DNA from: Azolla caroliniana
Taxonomy: Eukaryota; Plantae; Polypodiophyta
Assembly (NCBI GenBank): GCA_043228905.1
Contig: JBHGNT010000018.1
Coordinates: 6,138,001 to 6,202,000 of the forward strand
Reading direction: 5' to 3'
Length of the DNA stretch: 64,000 bases
Below are positions 48,401 through 60,242 of this stretch, in pieces. The notes under the pieces are model-generated. The model was not told the DNA's origin. It was given only the letters and a program-made list of their open reading frames with translations, and searched no databases. A program made the position numbers and the translations under genes. Numbering within the stretch: the first letter of the stretch is position 1; the number at the start of each line of letters is the position of its first letter.

Positions 48401-49935
48401 CAATATCATCTTCTACATTGGCAAACGGTTGATCTTTATCCAAACAAGCATAAAAGTTAGAATCTTGATGAGGAATGTAACATCCAACTACAAAAGTGGG
48501 CAAATCATTAGGTGTTTCTATTTTGAGCCATATGTAGCATTTATTTTCATCATTTTTTATAATTGACACATATTTCTCTATTTCCTTCTTAATCAAACAT
48601 GCTACCCCTCCTTGTCCTCTTCTTTGTCTTGGATTTTTCTTCCATATCAAAGAGTGTACATTATAGTTTCCTAAACCTTGAATCCTTTGAGTATCATGCT
48701 CCCATGTTTCAACAAGAAGTGTGATATCCGAGTCATCGGTGAACTCCTCTATGCCAAATCCCGCATTCCATGGGTATCCATTGCAATTCCAAAAGCATAG
48801 TCGTAAAAGGCGTGGGTTAGTCTCATAGATCACGTGTCCCTGTTTGCCTACATTTCCATCTTTAGGCACATCCTTAACCTTGTTTTTCAATCTTTCTTCA
48901 TATGCTTTACGACGAGCATTTTGTTGTGAGATAGTACGATCTTCACTCACAAAGCATTGTGTACCTTTGAGGTATACCCAACTATTTTCGAGTATGATTC
49001 GCCGCTTTGTATCATCTGTCATTGTGCATACAATAGGCCTTTCTCCGGAGTGAGTAACACCATGTTTCCCAACTCGGTGTGCCCCATATACATTCACATC
49101 TGACATCCCATAATGCATGCTAAAAAAATCACCAATGGCCTTTCCAAGGGATGCGGGTGTTTCCATACTCTCTTCTTTAATCCCACGGACGACAATGTTC
49201 TTTGATCGTCATTCACGTTCTTTCAATTCTCGGACATTTATGCTTTCTATATTCTTCTCTTGATGCATCACATGCATATTAGATGAGTTTGATAACACAT
49301 CCCCACCACATACATCGGCCCATGACTTCGTTGTACATACATTTTTCATCTCACTTACATCCCGCCTCATCGTGTCCAATTTTTCTTCTTTTAATGCTTC
49401 CTTTAAGTCAATCTTGTTAAGGTGCTCATTTGTTTCAAAAGAAGCTCTTTTACATTCTTGAATCTCTTCTTGAATTTTTCAACCACTTGTTTAAGACTTT
49501 CATTCTCAATGACAACACTTTGGAGCTTAGTATTCTCTTTCATTAACATCCTAATCTCTTCACCTTGCTTGTTTATGGTTTCTTGAAGAGAAATCAAGTG
49601 ACTCATAAGCATTTTTTCCATTGCATTAGAATCGAGATTTGTTGGTGATCTCGGCTCATTATCAATCATACCCCCGAACTTTGTGGCGGTTTTACGAGTA
49701 TTTGCCATTGTAGGGACAAACCCTACGGGAAAAGAGAGACAGAGAGGGAAGGAGAGAGAATGTACCTTTCACTCGATTTAGGGCAAAGATGGCTGCGGAT
49801 GAAAATGCTCATAACTTCTCGCCACGGTAACAGAATTCAGTAAATGAACATTCTTTAGAAAGTTCTCTCAAAGAGCTTTCCAACGAGCTATAGAACGTAG
49901 AAAACGATGGCCGGAGTGAACTTATAGAGAGCTTT

Positions 49936-49938
<3 letters not shown>
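45400..49938 (-). mobile_element. Near-full-length non-LTR retrotransposon (RTE/RTEX-like LINE) flanked by (GA)n on both sides
   Basis: 5' UTR, coiled-coil ORF1 start at 49708, long EN-RT-zinc finger ORF, short 3' UTR with a hairpin, no poly(A). Confidence 0.92.
45459..49166 (-). CDS. LINE protein: ORF1-like C-terminal part fused in frame to APE endonuclease, reverse transcriptase and CCHC finger (1235 aa)
   Basis: FWNCNG, LVETW, GDMNAR, IDY and SDH (APE); KKAFD, GVKQG.PLSP, LYADD and FKYLG (RT); RLSSHAL...C..C...ESEYH...C. The N-terminal HRVG...RPIV...FVSEDRT is ORF1-like. The upstream ORF1 part (49167-49708) is broken. Confidence 0.93.
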   Translation of the reverse strand: METPASLGKAIGDFFSMHYGMSDVNVYGAHRVGKHGVTHSGERPIVCTMTDDTKRRIILENSWVYLKGTQCFVSEDRTISQQNARRKAYEERLKNKVKDVPKDGNVGKQGHVIYETNPRLLRLCFWNCNGYPWNAGFGIEEFTDDSDITLLVETWEHDTQRIQGLGNYNVHSLIWKKNPRQRRGQGGVACLIKKEIEKYVSIIKNDENKCYIWLKIETPNDLPTFVVGCYIPHQDSNFYACLDKDQPFANVEDDIAYFKSKGEVIVFGDMNARTRSFQLDSQESFMPHISRMQEDMQMYNRSSSNEKDPDQFGKLLLQMCNSTGLLMANGISLWPNTNGFTCRKHNGNSVIDYVLLSEGILDRIHKFSLGEWTPESDHRPLCIDLKCMHRFDCEKAIEDNKQPHLSMNLKRAPMYSKMVEDMLQMTKRQHGATLECKWEAFKKVILSCTNKCFSTNRTSWKCTKKLRKKWFDKECREARKCLMVLDVVKDKENYQKHLHEYKRLIQRKRRIWEVTQQFIQTQEKAHACAKFWGNLKGKRVESYGDLTLHDLSMHCKNLYELSLAGKMKCYGSLSHMPPFFTIEDICIGLKKLASRKASDLQCIKAEMLKWTGKEAHIWISDMFNDALQHGMPYDWTTNWIKPLHKGGDINNVNNYRTIMVGSLMAKLFGCIMESKISVWAEKSGKRAYGQVGFRKHHSTIDHLITLRVLMEESRIRGKGLYCCFVEFKKAFDMVPREHLWRRMEELEVPSESMLAISRIYEKVICCVRMRDKLSDFFKSTIGVKQGFPLSPTLFGLCIDELEEMVTKFAKEECVEEVAIGNVVIMLLLYADDVVLFANTLGDAQKLMKALEKICMHTKLSVNSSKTKIMLVKSQKRDKPCIMYNNEPLECVESFKYLGLEVPSNHRWNECATRRLEAGKRAYYAFENTCNLGEIKCWVLKKYLFDTLVTPVLLYGVEVWGGSIPKSMWKDFENLQKHFFTKFLQVKKQTPYTLLLLETGSLPIEIMAMERVVEYMLKVQKSSSHRLPRIAWEARKKIQKTHKSKILCSGWMQDIEKWFGRWDARHLLHDASLDSSVNEEFLQRQCIMTWDKCGGSRFTHYTTHVAPNYKTIFFAERGNCAHPYMLEPIPLSAIRTIASMRLSSHALRCEIGHWGTSDESGRLCTFCPKQVRESEYHTLIQCSAFDHIQPCFPYLFDRAQSLHEFLSQSQCALSIATFIGKVLEHRESLLTFARIT

Positions 49939-49981
<43 letters not shown>

Positions 49982-50794
49982 TGAAGATAAGAAATGACAC
50001 AAAATGGGAGGTGAAAATCTCTCTTGCATTACATGCCCCATGAGGGGTTTATATAGTACATAATGTAACGGTTAATAATATGGCCGTTACAAAAAGAAGA
50101 CCATTACATTCTTGTCACATGCACATAATTGTGCATGTGCTCACACATACTCATCCTCACACACTCATATACATTACACATACACATGAACCACATTATC
50201 GTGTTCCACCCTTACACCGCCCTGTATACTCCTACAGGTAACAGCTAGCCGAAAAGGAACTCCTACCGAAGGTAACAAAAGTGCATCTGGATAAGTGTGT
50301 TAATTGCATGGCTGGCAAGCAAAATCGAACCTCGTTCTGATCGAGAACCCCAATGAAGAAGAAAATGCCACAAGAACGCATGCATATGGACGTATGCTAC
50401 ATGGACACAAAGTCGCACGTTGGTTCACAATATTTTGTGACCTTCATAGACGACTATAGCCGGAAGTTGTGGGCTTTCGTGCTGAAGACGAAGGATCGGG
50501 TGCTATCCGTCTTCAAAGAGTTCCAAGCGAGGGCCAAGCGTAAATATGATCGAAAACTGAAGGCAATCCGAGCGGACAATGGCGGAGAGTACCACAGACC
50601 GTTCGAAGAATATTGCCGAGCGTAGGGAATCTGGCTCGAGTATACCATGCCGAAGGCGTCAAAGCTTAACAAGCCGGCCGAGAGAATGAACCAGACCATA
50701 ATGGAGAGGGTGCAAAGTATGCTTGCAAATGCGAAGTTACCAAATACATTCTGGGCTAAGGCGCTGATGACGACAACGTATGTGATAAATCGAT

Positions 50795-51049
50795 TGTGAG
50801 GAATAGCTGCAGAATATCGCTCGACCACAACCGATTCTTGAATCACAGAAATGGGAATGAACGAGGGAGTACACAGAAATGACACAAGATGTTTACGTGG
50901 AAAACCCTAATAGGTAAAAAACCACGGGAGCCCACGGACTCCAACTATCACTATATGAGAGGAAATACAAAGTGGAGGCACAGAGGCAACGACCTCGTGC
51001 TCGCGATCTTCGCCAGACGACGGTTACAACAGAGAGTGCTCGTAGCTAA

Positions 51050-51084
<35 letters not shown>

Positions 51085-54000
51085 TTACAACAATATGACC
51101 ATGACAACTCACAACATTACAAAGTGATTGCCCTAAGTCATATTTATACTTATATGAACTTAGGGCTATTTACAAATATAGCCTCAAGAGGCTTACTCAA
51201 AAACATATTTACTTATATGTCTTCTCTCTTTCAGTTCTCACCGGGTCTCCTCCGGTTTTCAGTTGTCACTAGGTCCTCTTTACCTTGGTCAGCATATTAG
51301 ACCCGTTCTCCTTCGTTTGGATCTTCGTCAGCATGAACTCTTGACCTTCTACTCTCTCCCAGATCCAGTGGTACCTCCGTTGGATATGTTTCATCCAGGA
51401 ATGGTAGGCCGCGTTCTTTGCAAGGTGGATGACACTTTGACTGTCGCAGTAGAGCCGGTATTCCTCCTGTTGGATCCCTAGCTCTCCGATGAAGTCCTTC
51501 ATCTAGATTATCTCCTTCCTGGCTTCTACAACTGCCATGTACTCCGCCTCTGTGGTGACAATGCAACCGTCTTCTACAGCCTTGACTACCATGATACAAC
51601 TCCCCCTGCATAAGTCATGACATATCCGGATGTCGACCGAATGGTATCTGCATCAGCTGACATATCCGAATCCGTCAATCCGTCAAGCTGGGGATTATCG
51701 GAGCCAAACCGGAGACACATACTCAAAGTGCCTTTCAGATACCGGAGTATCCACTTGACCGCGTTCCAATGCTCTTTGTCGGGATTGCTCATGAACCAGC
51801 TCACCACTCCGACTACATATCCAATATCCGGTCGGGTACATATCATCGCGTACATAAGCATAAGGTATCTTCATCATATCCTTCTTCTCCGCCTTTGTCC
51901 TCGAGCTTTGTTTCCCGGATAGCTTGCAGTTTGCCGGAAGTGTCGATCCGATCGGTTTCGCCTCCGACATGTTGGACCTTTGAAGCACCTTTGTCACATA
52001 CTTCTCCTGTGACAACCACAATAGCTTCTTCGACCGGTCCCGGATGATGTGCATTCCCAATATCTGTCTTGCCGGACCCAAGTCTTTCATTGAGAAGGTC
52101 CTGTTCAAAGCCTTCTTCAGCATCCGAATCTTGCCTTGGTCTCGTCCGACGATCAACATATCATCCACATATAGAAGGAGTATCAGGAAGTCTCCTCCGT
52201 CAAATTTCTTCACAAACACACAGTGATCGGCTTGCGTCTTGTGGTACCCTTGGTCGGTCATGAAGGAGTCGAACTTCCGGTACCATTGCTAGGGGCTTGC
52301 TTCAATCCGTATAGGCTCTTCTTCAACCAGCACACCAGGTGCTCCTTCCCTTTCTTCTCAAATCCTTCCGGTTGATGCATGTAGATCTCTTCTTCAAGGT
52401 CACCATGGAGGAATGTCGTCTTCACGTTCAGTTGCTCTACCTCGAGGTCCATGCTTGCCGCTATGCCCAATACTATCTGAATGGATGTCATCTTTACTAC
52501 CGGGACAAAGATCTCATCGAAATCTACTCCCCTTTTGCTAGAACCCCTTCACCACGATCTGGGCTTTGTATCTTGGTGGGTTTCCGGCAACTCCCGGTTT
52601 GAGTTTGTTCACCCACTTGTTCCGGAGTTCTCCCTTCCCTTTCGGCAACTCCGTCAATTCATATGTGTCATTCTCATGTAGAGAATCCATCTCATCCTGC
52701 ATGGCACTCAACCACTTGTGGTTGTGGGTGTCTAGTTTTGCTTCTTCGAAGCTTTCCAGCTCCCCCTCATCGGTTAGCATCACATGCTCTGCATCCGGAA
52801 ATCTTCAGGGAGCTCTTCTCTCTCGGAGAGGATATCTCCGTCCTTGGTTTCCGACTGTCGTTTCCTCCGTTTGTTCCTCATCCTCATCCGATTCGGGATC
52901 TTGTCCGGTTCCGGTGTCTCCTTCTTCTTCTTCTTATTCTTCTTCGATCGGTTTGGTTTCTTGTCCGTAACTGGCCAGTTCGTCGAGTGTCATCTGGTTA
53001 CCGGCTAACGTCCGGTTTTCATCCGGGTATATCCCTTTTTCCTCAAGCTGGTTTTCATTGGATGATCCAGAGTTCGTCACCTTCTTCTCCGACTCCCAGT
53101 CGGCAATGGTCCGGTCTTCCATGAAGACTATGTCTCGACTCCAGAACACCTTTTTGTCGACCAGATCCCACACCCGGTAACTGAACTCATCATCACCGTA
53201 TCCAAGGAATATGCATGGCCTGGACTTCGGATCCAGCTTTGCTCTCTTCTCCTTCGCCACGTGCACGTATGCGAGACATCCGAACACCTTCAGATGTCGG
53301 TAAGACACATCCTTACCGGTCCATACTTTCTGCGGTGAGTCTCCGTCCAAGGGTACTGAGGGTGATCTGTTTATCACATAGGTCGAGTCATCAGTGCCTC
53401 AGCCCAAAACGTCTTGGGTAACTTTGCATGTGCCAGCATGCTCCAGACTCTCTCCATCACGGTCTGGTTCATCTGTTCAGCTAGCCCGTTTAGTTCCTGC
53501 GTCTTAGGCACGGTGAATTCGAGCCGGATTCCCTTCGACCAACAATACTCCTCGAACTTCCCTCGGTATTCTCCTCCATTCTCTGCTCGAACCGCCTTCA
53601 ACTTCTAGCCGGTTTCTCTTTCCACTCTTGCGTGGAGCTCCTTGAAGGCAGATAGCACCTGATCCTTCGTCTTCAATGGTGAGACCCACAACTTCCGTTT
53701 GTGGTCATCTATGAACGTCACGAAATATTGCGCTCCGACATGTGACTTCGTGTCGACTTGACACACATCGGTATGCACCAGCTCCAGTGGTGTATTCCAT
53801 CTCATCGATGGTCTTGACTGGAAGGAGGTTCGTTTTTTCTTGTCAGCCAAGCAATCAGTGCACTTCTCAAGTTGCATGTCCTTCACCAGAATGAGGTTGT
53901 CTTTGGGAAGCCTCTTCATCCCCTTCTCACTCATGTGACACAGTCGTTTGTGCCACAACTCACCGGCAATGTTGGATACTATGTTCACTTCTTCCCGGCA

Positions 54001-55790
54001 TATCTGAGCATTCATCAAGTACAGAGTGTTAACCTTCCGAGCTCGGGCCACAATCAAGCTTCCCTTGCTGAATTTCATAACTCCGTTCCGAATGCTACCC
54101 GTGTAGCCTTCATCATCTAGCCGACCGGCTGATATTAGGTTCAGTCGAACCTCCAAAACATGCCGGACATCCTTCAGCAGCAACTTGCATCCGGTTGATG
54201 TCGTCAACAACACATCTCCTATGCCGATATTTCGGCATGTCCCTTCATTCCCCATCCAGACACAACCATGATCACCGGCTGTGTTCGATGAGAAGTATCT
54301 CCGGTCTGTTGTCAGGTGGAACGACGCTCCGGAATCGACAACCCACGTTGTCTCGTCGCCGACAAGGTTTAACTCATTCTCTTCGGTAATGAGCATCAGT
54401 TCCTCTTCACTTGTCGTGATCATCGTCGTTCCTTTCTGATCCAGGCCTCTCCGGTCTAAACCATTTCGGTCTGAACTCTTCTTCGAATCGGTTGTGTCGG
54501 TTTCCTTCTCTTTCCGGAAATGCCGACAGTTCTTCTGGAAGTGCCCCGACTTCCCACAATAGAAGCACGCGGGCCTCCCCCTTGAATTCGACCTCGTCCC
54601 CGATTTGTCCCGGTTTTGGGGACTCCGATACCGGCCTCTTCCCTGGTTGTGGTCATCTTCCGTGACCAAGGCCTTCGGATTAGTTCCGGACTCCCAGTGC
54701 TTCCGGCGAGCTTCTTCATCTAGCAGGCTTGATTTTACCCTTGCTAGGGACAATTGTTTTCCTTCTGGCCCGACATTGCCCAACGTGACAATTAACGTCT
54801 CCCAGCTATTCGGGAGGGAACCGAGCAGAAGTAATGCGAGTACCTCCTCGGAGAGAAGTACTTCTAACGAGGTTGCTTGATGTATCATCCCCTAGAAGGC
54901 ATTCATGTGCTCCTTCATATTGCAGTCGTCTTGGTACCGGAGCCTCACTAACTTCCAAAATACCAAAACCTGATTGACAACATTCTTGTTCTGGAACATG
55001 ATACTGATCTTCTCCCAGAGTTCATGAGCCTTGCTCTCTTCATTGAAGTTTTTGTATAGGCTCATGTCGATAAAGCACCGAATGTATGTCATCGTCTTCA
55101 TGTGCATCACCTCCCACACTATGGCATCGATCTTCTCCGGTCTCTTGTCCCCAAACTGAACCGGCAACCAAAGATCTTTGACAACCAGCATATCCCCCAT
55201 CTTCGACTTCCACACTGAGTAGTTGGAGCCGGTGAACTTGAACATGCCGCCGAACGATTCTTCCATTTTCTGTGTTGTTCGCTTTGATACCAGTTTGTGA
55301 GGAATAGCGTGGAATAGCGTGGAATATTGCTCGGCCACAACCGAGTCTTGAATCACAGAAATGGGAATGAATGAGGGAGTACACAGAAATGACACATGAT
55401 GTTTACGTGGAAAACCCTAATAGGTAAAAACCACGGGAGCCCACAGACTCCAACTATCACTCTTTGAGAGGAAATAAAAAGTGGAGGCACAGAGGCAACG
55501 ACCTCGTGTTCGCTATCTTCGCCAGACGGCGGTTACAACAGAGAGTGCTCGTAGCTGCTCTCTCGCTCTCTCTCTCTCTGTACAACAATATGACCATGAC
55601 AACTCACAACATTACAAAGTGATTGCCCTAAGTCATATTTATACTTATATGAACTTAGGGCTATTTACAAATATAGCCTCAATAGGCTTACTCAAAAACA
55701 TATTTACTGATATGTCTTCTCTCTTCCGGTTCTCACCGGGTCCTCTTTATTCATCGCCAGATCCCATCCGGAGAGACTAATTTCCCAACA
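50795..55790 (-). mobile_element. Full-length decayed Ty1/Copia element nested in its older relative
   Basis: TSD TCGAT/TCGAT; LTRs 55296-55790 and 50795-~51255 (inner end and PPT deleted); PBS TGGTATCAAAGC at 55281-55292; gag-pol fragments 51269-55266 (CFYCGKSGHFQKNC, VVDSGAS, LLYVDDML). Confidence 0.93.
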
Positions 55791-56656
55791 TCGATCACCC
55801 TTAGTACCCTTGGACGGTGATATTCCACAAAGGCTGTGGAGCGGCAAAGACGTATCATACCGACACTTAAGGGTGTTCGGTTATCTTGCCTATAACACCG
55901 GGTCATTTGAAACAGGTAATATGTCGTATTCTCTTTTGGCATAGTTGGCCAGATGTAGAAAAGTACCCTATTTTAGCCTGATATCGAAAATATACGATGC
56001 ATGCGTACCCCTTTTGCGACTTGATGGTTAAATATAGAACAAAAAAAACCTAGCAATTACTAAATTGTATATGTGTCCACATTCGTGTCAATTTGCATAT
56101 CATGGAGCACAATTGAAGACTTGGTTCAATATAAAGTTCTAAAATTGGTATCCATATTCAAATTGTAGAGTAAAACTACATAAATCGTCATTATAAATAT
56201 GTGGTTTTGGGTTTAGGAATAAAGTAGTACCCCACTTGTTGGACGGGTATATCGATAGTTTCATTGTATAATGTCATATAGTTCATGAGAATGTAATTGG
56301 TAAGAGTAACAATTACGTACGACATTCATTTATACTATGTGGAACCAGTAGACTTGAACCGTAGGTAACTAAAAACCTCTTATTATCAAAAACATTCGCC
56401 TTTTCATATACAGTCATGCTAACGGAAATGAGAAATTACAATATCATGTTAATATCTCAAACTGAAGAAGAGCATGGTGACCAATTATATGTAAATACAA
56501 ACAACGGTTCCAATAATGATTAAAAAGGGAAATTATGAACAGGTGAATTTAATTAAACGATAAACAATTACAGATGTTCTCATATACAAATATAATATGA
56601 AGTGATGATGAACATTATGCCTCAAAATCCTCAATTTTTACATTACGCCATCTACA

Positions 56657-59600
56657 TCAATCTATAAGCAAATCAGGCAGAGCAGGCTCCTTTGGCACTG
56701 ATTGTTCTAGACTGTTTTCATTCGTGTCATCTCCAAGCTCTCCCGAATCTGATGTATGGTCAAACTGTGCTACATCTTCCAGGTCCACCAGCTCCCCTGC
56801 TTCTTCATCAATTGGTTCCATTGGTTCTCGTGAAGTCATCTGGAACATCTCTGTCTCGTTGATGTGTTTTGCTCCGACTTCTTGATCCTGATCTGGACAG
56901 TCCCATATTCCTGTGATCCTCATTTCGATGAAGTTAACTTGAGCAGGGTCCTTCTCCAATGCAACACAGTTTCTAAACATCTTCAATGCACAAGTTGTCA
57001 TTGTACCTAATGGTCGCATGAACACAAACAAGTATATATAAGAAGTAACGTCTTAAACTTGATAGACAAGATTGAAATTAAATATATATATTATACCTGT
57101 GCCAGAGAACAAGTCTAGGACCCAATCATCTGGATTCGAGAAGAGCTCTATGAGGCGGTTGATCAATCTTTGAGGTTTTTGATAAGGGTTCGGCATACTT
57201 TTATCCCCTGACACATATCTTAATTTTTTGGTTACAGCTGGGCACATAATGTAGTTAACCACGTTACGCTCATTGACATGTGCTCTAGCCTTCTTCTTTG
57301 TAATTGAATCATAGTAGCCCACACAAAAATGTTCGACCGCACTAACCATTCGATCGCCAGGGCTACGTGTAATATTTGTTTTGATCCTATAGAGAAAGAA
57401 AATCAAGTATTAGAGGTGTAAATGTGTACATATAATAAGAAGTACTGTAATGAGTAAAAGCGAACTATAACGCACCAATGCATGTGTTCAGTGGCATGAC
57501 AACGGGACTTCAAAGTTGTTGTGACTGACAGTGATTGCCCCATGCTATGAAATATGACTATCCTCCACAAGGGGGCCAATGTCAGTTCTGCGAAATCCTT
57601 TACCATTTTCTTGATCTGAGGGTACTTGAAAGGCACATCATCATATGTTGATCCCGCAATACGGAAACCATATGGTATGTCAGCTATCAGCAAAGTGTAG
57701 TGCCTTCTCGGTAACAGTTCGAGCATCTGGGATACTTCACCATTGAAAACACTATAATGAAGCTATTTGAAAGGATCGGACCTATGCAAAAAACTCTTTA
57801 CAGTCTCCGAATCCTCGGGCAGTTCCATTTCCTTCCCTTTGGTCATTCTCTTCTCATATTTCGCACGTTCTAAGTGCGTGATGAAGGCCGCTGGAATACC
57901 GTCATTATTGTCTTTGTTCTTTTTCGATTTTGATGGTTTCTGCAAGTGTCATTGTTGTTAGCAGGGAACATTACTTTCTAACATATCAACATTCAAAAGA
58001 CACATACCTATTCTCTAAATACAATAAAATATTCCTCCAATGCCTTGTAGGAAGAAGTTATCGGGCAGGCTTGTTCAACTTCTTCCCATGTCGGTAAACT
58101 CAGTTTTTGCATCATCAACTCCTGAATCTTCATGTATACCTTGTGACTGCACAATCAATATGAAATTAGAAATAAGATATTCAAAATAATTGAAGACTTT
58201 CATGAAAAGGTATACTATAAACACTTACTTTTGCAAGTCTGTTACCATCTCGTCCAAACTAAATTCCTTGGCGACCACTCGAGATAGCACGGATATTAAC
58301 AATCTATCATCTTTGATACCTTGTAATGATCTCCAAGGTAAAAGTTTCATGTCCTCTGGTAACTCCTCGATTACCAAGTCGCTTTTTCCCTTGGTCTTTG
58401 ATTTCATCTCAACTTGTGGATCAATTCTTCCCTTTTTTGATCTTTGCCCCTTGACTTCTTTCCGCTCCCACATAGAGAATATTTTGTCTTGGAGATCCCA
58501 CACCTCTCCGGTCCGAAAAGCTAGTTGAAACCAAGAATCATATTTTCGGAGACCTTCGGATTTCGTACTCTCATCCACTGCAATCCCTACTTCCAATAAA
58601 CACTGACGTCGCAATCCAGGCCACAATCTTGGACCAAAACGATTCAAGGCATCGAGGTATTCATGATGAAAAAATCTTATCCTCTCTATACATGACATCT
58701 TTTGCCTATAATCGTTGTCATTGTTATGGTCCCATGCGAGCAGCTTCGCCTCCTCGTGAGTTAGTCCTGCATATACCTTACATTCGGCGTATTTGAAGAA
58801 CGGCGTGAGAGGATATTCTTTGACAAGCTGTCGTCGAGCTTCGACCGAATGTGATCCTCCGATTACATAGTATGTGTAATCGTCTGCAGAGCTATACTTG
58901 AAATCTGCTACTGTTGGGCATGGTTCTTGATCAACCATTACCAAAAATGGCACCACAGTAGCGTGAGGATTGATTTTCCTTTTGCTTTTCAGGTTTTGCA
59001 CATGGACGGAGTGCGGCTCCCTAATTTCCAAGGGACGTCTTCCAATCACGGGGTCAATGGGGGGCCTTTGGATAGAAGTAATGGGCAAATGAAAAAGCTG
59101 GCCCCTACGCACAAGTTTAGTCTTCACAATATTTTCTCTTATTTTATTTTGTTCTGACGTCAGGACACCAGAAGATAGTTGTCCGCCTAGAGCCACGACG
59201 TCGACTTGTTGGTCGTCTTCTTCTTCCACGAACTCTAATATTTCTTCTTCTTCTTCTTCGAGTCGTGGTCGTTTAGTATATTTCTTTTGAACAGGATTTG
59301 TCTTCCTAGACTTTTTCGTTGGAGTTTCTGCTTCACCGGTCATCATCTCTCCTATCACGTACGGCCGAAGAGCTACCAACAAGTTATTTTTCGTTTGCAG
59401 GTCTTTACGCAAAGCCTTGGGATTGCAAGATTCGAGTACTAGGTTTCCCTCATCAAGTCGCAATCGCCTGTAGCCAACTGAGCTCGAGACATCGATTAAA
59501 ATACATGTAGAATCAATGTCTTCGTACTCTAGCTTGGTTACATGCCCGTAATTAAATGTTTTTCCAAGCTGAAGCTTCCCTTCCCCGTCCGATTTTGCCG

Positions 59601-60242
59601 TTATCAATAACAGCACCCCATCCTCCTCGACATAAGAGAGACACCATTCAAGTTCAGGGTAATCCTTATATTTCACCTCAACCGTTTTCTCCTCTTGCGT
59701 ACTACCTTTGTTGATTTTGGTAGTAGCCACAGATGACTTGGATCCTCCTTCCCCCGTTGAGTCAAATAAATTCTTTTTACTCGTGTCCTTCATGAAGGAG
59801 CCAGAATCTCGTTTTGTCAGAGATCGAATCTTCAATCTAAATGAAGGAACTTTTTGTCTGGGTTCACTGAAATTAAAAACGTTGGTGAAAACATAGAAAC
59901 AACGTACAATTTCATCTAAATCATGCAAATTATCATTTAAATTACGTCAATTTTATGGTCCCATGCGATAGTTTTTTATCGCAAAAACATCATTTTTTTC
60001 AACCGAAATCCGATGCAGTGCATCGGATTTTGGTTGAAAGGCAGGACCTTTCAACCGAAATCCGATGTAGTGCATCGGATTTTGGTTGAAGGCCCTGGCT
60101 TTCAGAATTGCTTTCCAAGTTCGTTGTACAAAATAAAATAAAATTTCTATGTGTTGAGGAAAGGAATCTTTAAGGAATCTTTAGGAATCTTAAAAAATGT
60201 AATGAATATTACTAACCTGACGATTTTCTTTCCCTTGTTCAT
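56657..60242 (-). pseudogene. Six-exon gene: ParB/Srx-like domain plus beta-class amino (N6-adenine/N4-cytosine) DNA methyltransferase, ~968 aa, with two in-frame TAG codons
   Basis: Exons 60242-60217, 59866-58229, 58146-58008, 57939-57476, 57386-57097 and 57006-56657; all introns GT-AG with matching phases (2,2,0,2,1); total 2907 nt. Motifs: YYVIGGSHSVEARRQL (ParB-like); VFNGEVSQMLELLP...LLIADIPY; W-I-K; NPYQKPQRLINRLIELFSNPDDWVLDLFSGTGT...NCVALEKD. TAG at 58010-58008 and 57765-57763. Confidence 0.85.
59997..60090. repeat. Two tandem ~43-bp near-perfect palindromes (52-bp period) in intron 1 of the ParB-MTase gene
   Basis: TTTCAACCGAAATCCGATGCA-G-TGCATCGGATTTTGGTTGAAA (59997-60039) and a second copy at 60049-60090. 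Confidence 0.92.

Larger units (their letters stand above)
45298..50243. mobile_element. Solo LTR (45298-~45399 plus ~49939-50243) split by a LINE inside its (GA)n tract
   Basis: TGTTAA...GGTAACA ends with perfect 5-bp TSD GCTAG/GCTAG. Confidence 0.85.
44962..55893 (+). mobile_element. Old Copia internal fragment (protease to integrase) in three pieces: 44962-45297, 50249-50794 and 55796-55893
   Basis: The reading frame is continuous across the inserts (LWHKRLCHMS | HMDVC...FIDDYSRK...ADNGGEY...TYVINR | SPLVPLDGDIPQRLWSGKDVSYRHLRVFG). Related to the element at 50795-55790. Confidence 0.85.
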
